From contig ACYB01000035.1 in the NCBI GenBank assembly GCA_000175855.1, forward strand, positions 1-32,000: a stretch of DNA of 32,000 nt. The letters are read 5' to 3'. The position numbers and the translations under genes are program-made. This stretch comes from Raphidiopsis brookii D9 (GTDB lineage Bacteria; Cyanobacteriota; Cyanobacteriia; Cyanobacteriales; Nostocaceae). Shown in pieces: positions 29,644 to 32,000 of this stretch; position 1 is the first letter of the stretch; each line of letters starts with the position of its first letter. Below the pieces are notes generated by a model. The model worked only from the letters and a program-made list of their open reading frames with translations, did not search any database and had not been told where the DNA came from.

Positions 29644-30669
29644 ATGCCAATCTATATCTATTGGGGTGAAGATGATTTTGCTATAGAAAAGGCAGTTACC
29701 TTACTGCGCGATCGCATTCTTGACCCCTTATGGACTAGTTTCAATTATACTACTTTTCTCCCTGACCAGGGGGATTCTGTAATTCAGGCCCTGAATCAAG
29801 TGATGACACCCAGTTTTGGAGCTGGTGGGAGGTTGGTTTGGTTGATTAACTCCAACTTGTGTCAAAATTGTCCAGAGAATATATTCTCGGAACTGAAACG
29901 CACTTTACCCGTGATACCAGAAAGTTCCTTTTTGCTGGTGACTAGTCCTAATAAACCCGATGAACGTCTCAAGTCCACAAAACTACTCAAACAATTTGCT
30001 GATTTCCGGGAGTTTTCGCTCATCCCACCCTGGAAAACTGAATTATTAGTCCAAGCTGTGAATCAAGCTGCTCAAGATGTTGGTATCAAACTAAAACCAC
30101 AAGTTGCTGAAACTTTGGCGGAATCTATTGGTAATGATAGCCGACTTCTCCACACAGAAATGGAAAAATTGCGTCTTTATTTAGCTAGTAGTAATCATCC
30201 ACTGAATAGTGCAATTGTAACCCAACTAGTCAGAAATACCACTCAAAACACCCTTCAATTAGCTGCAGCCATTAAAATCGGTGATTCGGCCGAAGCATTG
30301 GGCATTTTAGGAGATTTAATTGGTGCTGCTGAACCGGGACTAAGAATAGTTGCTACCCTCACGGGTCAATTCCGTACTTGGCTATGGGTAAAAATGATGA
30401 TGGAATCGGGAGAGCGCAATCCTCAGGCGATCGCCCAGGGTGCGGAGGTCAGCAATCCTAAGCGGACTTACTTCTTACAGCAAGAAGTCAAATCTCTATC
30501 TGTAGAACAGCTTGTTTTCTCCTTACCCATACTGTTGGAATTAGAAGTTAGTCTCAAGCAAGGAGCTTCGGAGATCCCTACCCTCCAAACTAAAGTAATT
30601 GAACTTTGCCAACTATATCAGAAATCCGGAACTTTTCAACCTGAAAATAAATCAAATCTACTAACATAA
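29644..30669 (+). CDS. holA: DNA polymerase III subunit delta
   Basis: 341 aa. The N-terminus PIYIYWGEDDFAIEKAV and the overall helical C-terminal domain match my recollection of cyanobacterial HolA. Confidence 0.7.
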   Translation: MPIYIYWGEDDFAIEKAVTLLRDRILDPLWTSFNYTTFLPDQGDSVIQALNQVMTPSFGAGGRLVWLINSNLCQNCPENIFSELKRTLPVIPESSFLLVTSPNKPDERLKSTKLLKQFADFREFSLIPPWKTELLVQAVNQAAQDVGIKLKPQVAETLAESIGNDSRLLHTEMEKLRLYLASSNHPLNSAIVTQLVRNTTQNTLQLAAAIKIGDSAEALGILGDLIGAAEPGLRIVATLTGQFRTWLWVKMMMESGERNPQAIAQGAEVSNPKRTYFLQQEVKSLSVEQLVFSLPILLELEVSLKQGASEIPTLQTKVIELCQLYQKSGTFQPENKSNLLT

Positions 30670-30772
30670 ATATGGGTGTATATCTTAAACCAAGAGGTAA
30701 TGACAATTCCAAAGCCTCTATATTTACGCGTCATGGGCAAAACAAATCTTGTACTAGTTATCAACTTTTATT

Positions 30773-31197
30773 ATGATCTCTAACCTGTTAAAATTTCCCT
30801 CTTACCAATTCTCACTGCTGTTAGTTTAATCTTTACTCTCGCACTAACTAGTAAAGCCAATGGTCAAAACCCAGCTATCACCAGCACCGAAATCACTAAC
30901 TATGCCCAAACAGTAATGATTATGGAACCTAAACGTCAGCAAGCTTTCAAGGAGATTAAAACCCTAATTAATACCAGATCCATTCCCATAATTATTTGTA
31001 ACGATGTAAACAGTATCAAATTACTACCGAGGGATGCCCAGAAAATAGCTATCAACTATTGTAATGAGTATGAAGAAACAGTATCTGAAAACAATCTTAC
31101 CGTTGACAGGTTTAATCAAATCACAGTAGAAGTTAATAATAATAGTGTTTTAAGAGAAAGAGTACAAAAATTAATGATGGAGAAAATGGGACTTTAA
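30773..31197 (+). CDS. Secreted DUF4168-like protein, with an apparent 1-nt frameshift in the signal peptide as sequenced
   Basis: The track ORF 30916..31197 is open upstream to 30784 and reads ...LLPILTAVSLIFTLALTSKANGQNPAITSTEITNYAQ, but it has no start codon. ATG 30773 (MISNLLKFP...) is in the adjacent frame. Confidence 0.65.
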
Positions 31198-31296
31198 TAG
31201 TGCTTTGAGAAAGATCACCAAAATTATAGAATATAATGGGTGGTGGGAGGAAAACCAAACTTCCACACGTAGTAGATCCACAATTATTGAAGAGCA

Positions 31297-31578
31297 GTGT
31301 CAGTCGAAACCATTGAAAAACCGTCCACAACCCGCAAGCTGGCGCCCCGTTATCGCGTCTTGCTGCATAATGACGACTATAATTCCATGGAGTACGTCGT
31401 TCAGGTACTTCTTTCCACCATACCCAGTCTCACCCAACCTCAAGCTGTTACCATTATGATGGAAGCTCACAGTAATGGGTTAGCTTTGGTTATAAGCTGC
31501 GCTTTAGAGCATGCTGAATTTTATTGTGAAAGTTTAAATAATCATGGTCTTACTAGCACCATTGAACCTGACGATTAG
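31297..31578 (+). CDS. clpS: ATP-dependent Clp protease adaptor ClpS
   Basis: RYRVLLHNDDYNSMEYVVQVL...MMEAHSNGLALV. 93 aa. GTG start. Confidence 0.88.
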   Translation: MSVETIEKPSTTRKLAPRYRVLLHNDDYNSMEYVVQVLLSTIPSLTQPQAVTIMMEAHSNGLALVISCALEHAEFYCESLNNHGLTSTIEPDD

Positions 31579-31598
31579 TGATAAAAAATAATATTAAA

Positions 31599-32000
31599 AT
31601 GTTTAGACCTAGCCAAATAGCTTTGTGGATTTCCCAGAGACCTGCTCCGCAGAGGGTGGGCTGTTTTGTATTATGTTTGTTAGTATTATGGTTGCCTTTT
31701 GTCATACCAATATACTTATTGGTGGAAGATGGCAATTTAGAAAGCATTTTCAGCATGGTCTTGCTATATGGAGAGTTTATTGTCTTGGTTAGGTTATGGG
31801 GGAAAAAAATTTATCAAAGAGACAAAATACTAACTGACTATGGTTTAGAGCTGTCTAGCTTAAACGGTGTAGATTTCTGTCAGGGTTTAAGTATAGGAGT
31901 ATTAAGCATTATATTACTATTTAGCATACAAGGTTTATTAGGTTGGATCCTATGGCAACCGCCAAAAGCATTTATAGTTCAAATCATCTGGGAAGGTTTA
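31599..32000 (+). CDS. Membrane protein, 5' part only (runs off the window); possibly a CPBP/CAAX-type intramembrane protease
   Basis: ATG 31599 opens a frame with no stop through 32000 (134 codons) and several TM segments. It is missing from the ORF track because no stop codon lies inside the window. The catalytic motifs would lie beyond the window, so the family call is weak. Confidence 0.5.
   Translation, partial: MFRPSQIALWISQRPAPQRVGCFVLCLLVLWLPFVIPIYLLVEDGNLESIFSMVLLYGEFIVLVRLWGKKIYQRDKILTDYGLELSSLNGVDFCQGLSIGVLSIILLFSIQGLLGWILWQPPKAFIVQIIWEGL

Noticed and set aside
31133-31756. Track ORFs 31133..31330 (-), 31205..31459 (+) and 31553..31756 (-)
   Set aside because: They overlap the DUF4168-like gene, clpS and the partial membrane-protein gene respectively. 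The competing frames have clear homology (ClpS) or coherent TM architecture.
1-32000. Search for CRISPR arrays, IS/transposase or integrase genes, prophage remnants, toxin-antitoxin pairs, restriction-modification or other defence islands, and secondary-metabolite (NRPS/PKS/RiPP) genes
   Set aside because: No spaced direct repeats and no recognisable genes of these classes were seen on either strand. HIP1 density is even across the window, which argues against a horizontally acquired island. The 83-aa ORF plus radical-SAM stump is the only thing faintly resembling a RiPP-like pair, and the enzyme is truncated.

Overview
This window looks like a core chromosomal segment of a cyanobacterium. 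It carries at least 19 perfect HIP1 octamers (GCGATCGC) and is AT-rich by eye. The gene set and protein sequences look Nostocales-like, but that is my recollection and was not searched. I call about 33 protein-coding genes, mostly recognisable housekeeping functions: moaD, nagA, ispG, rsmG, secA, rpmB, era, trpC, lpdA, uvrC, holA, clpS, an ABC ATPase, a NUDIX hydrolase, a class V aminotransferase, an MDR dehydrogenase and an alpha/beta hydrolase. The rest are conserved proteins of unknown function. I found no rRNA, tRNA, CRISPR array, IS/transposase, integrase, phage genes or obvious defence or toxin genes, so I cannot honestly point to a convincing novel multi-gene system. Four things deserve a second look. 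(1) Four conserved genes, including the essential ispG, have single-base frame breaks at short homopolymer runs. This is either systematic homopolymer miscalling or real gene erosion. (2) The 7.2-8.3 kb locus holds a nested inverted-repeat element, then a near-consensus promoter and a 5' hairpin driving an 83-aa orphan ORF, then an N-terminal remnant of an NrdG-like radical-SAM activase that abuts ispG. (3) Three small ORFs fall below the ORF-track cutoff: a 42-aa four-Cys protein and two single-TM peptides. (4) Several modules of unknown function are present: a fatty-acid-hydroxylase/SDR fusion next to a CruP-like flavoprotein, a SpoIIM-like/membrane/RDD trio, and a 2H-phosphoesterase-like protein. 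All family assignments come from motifs read by eye and from memory; no database search was run.
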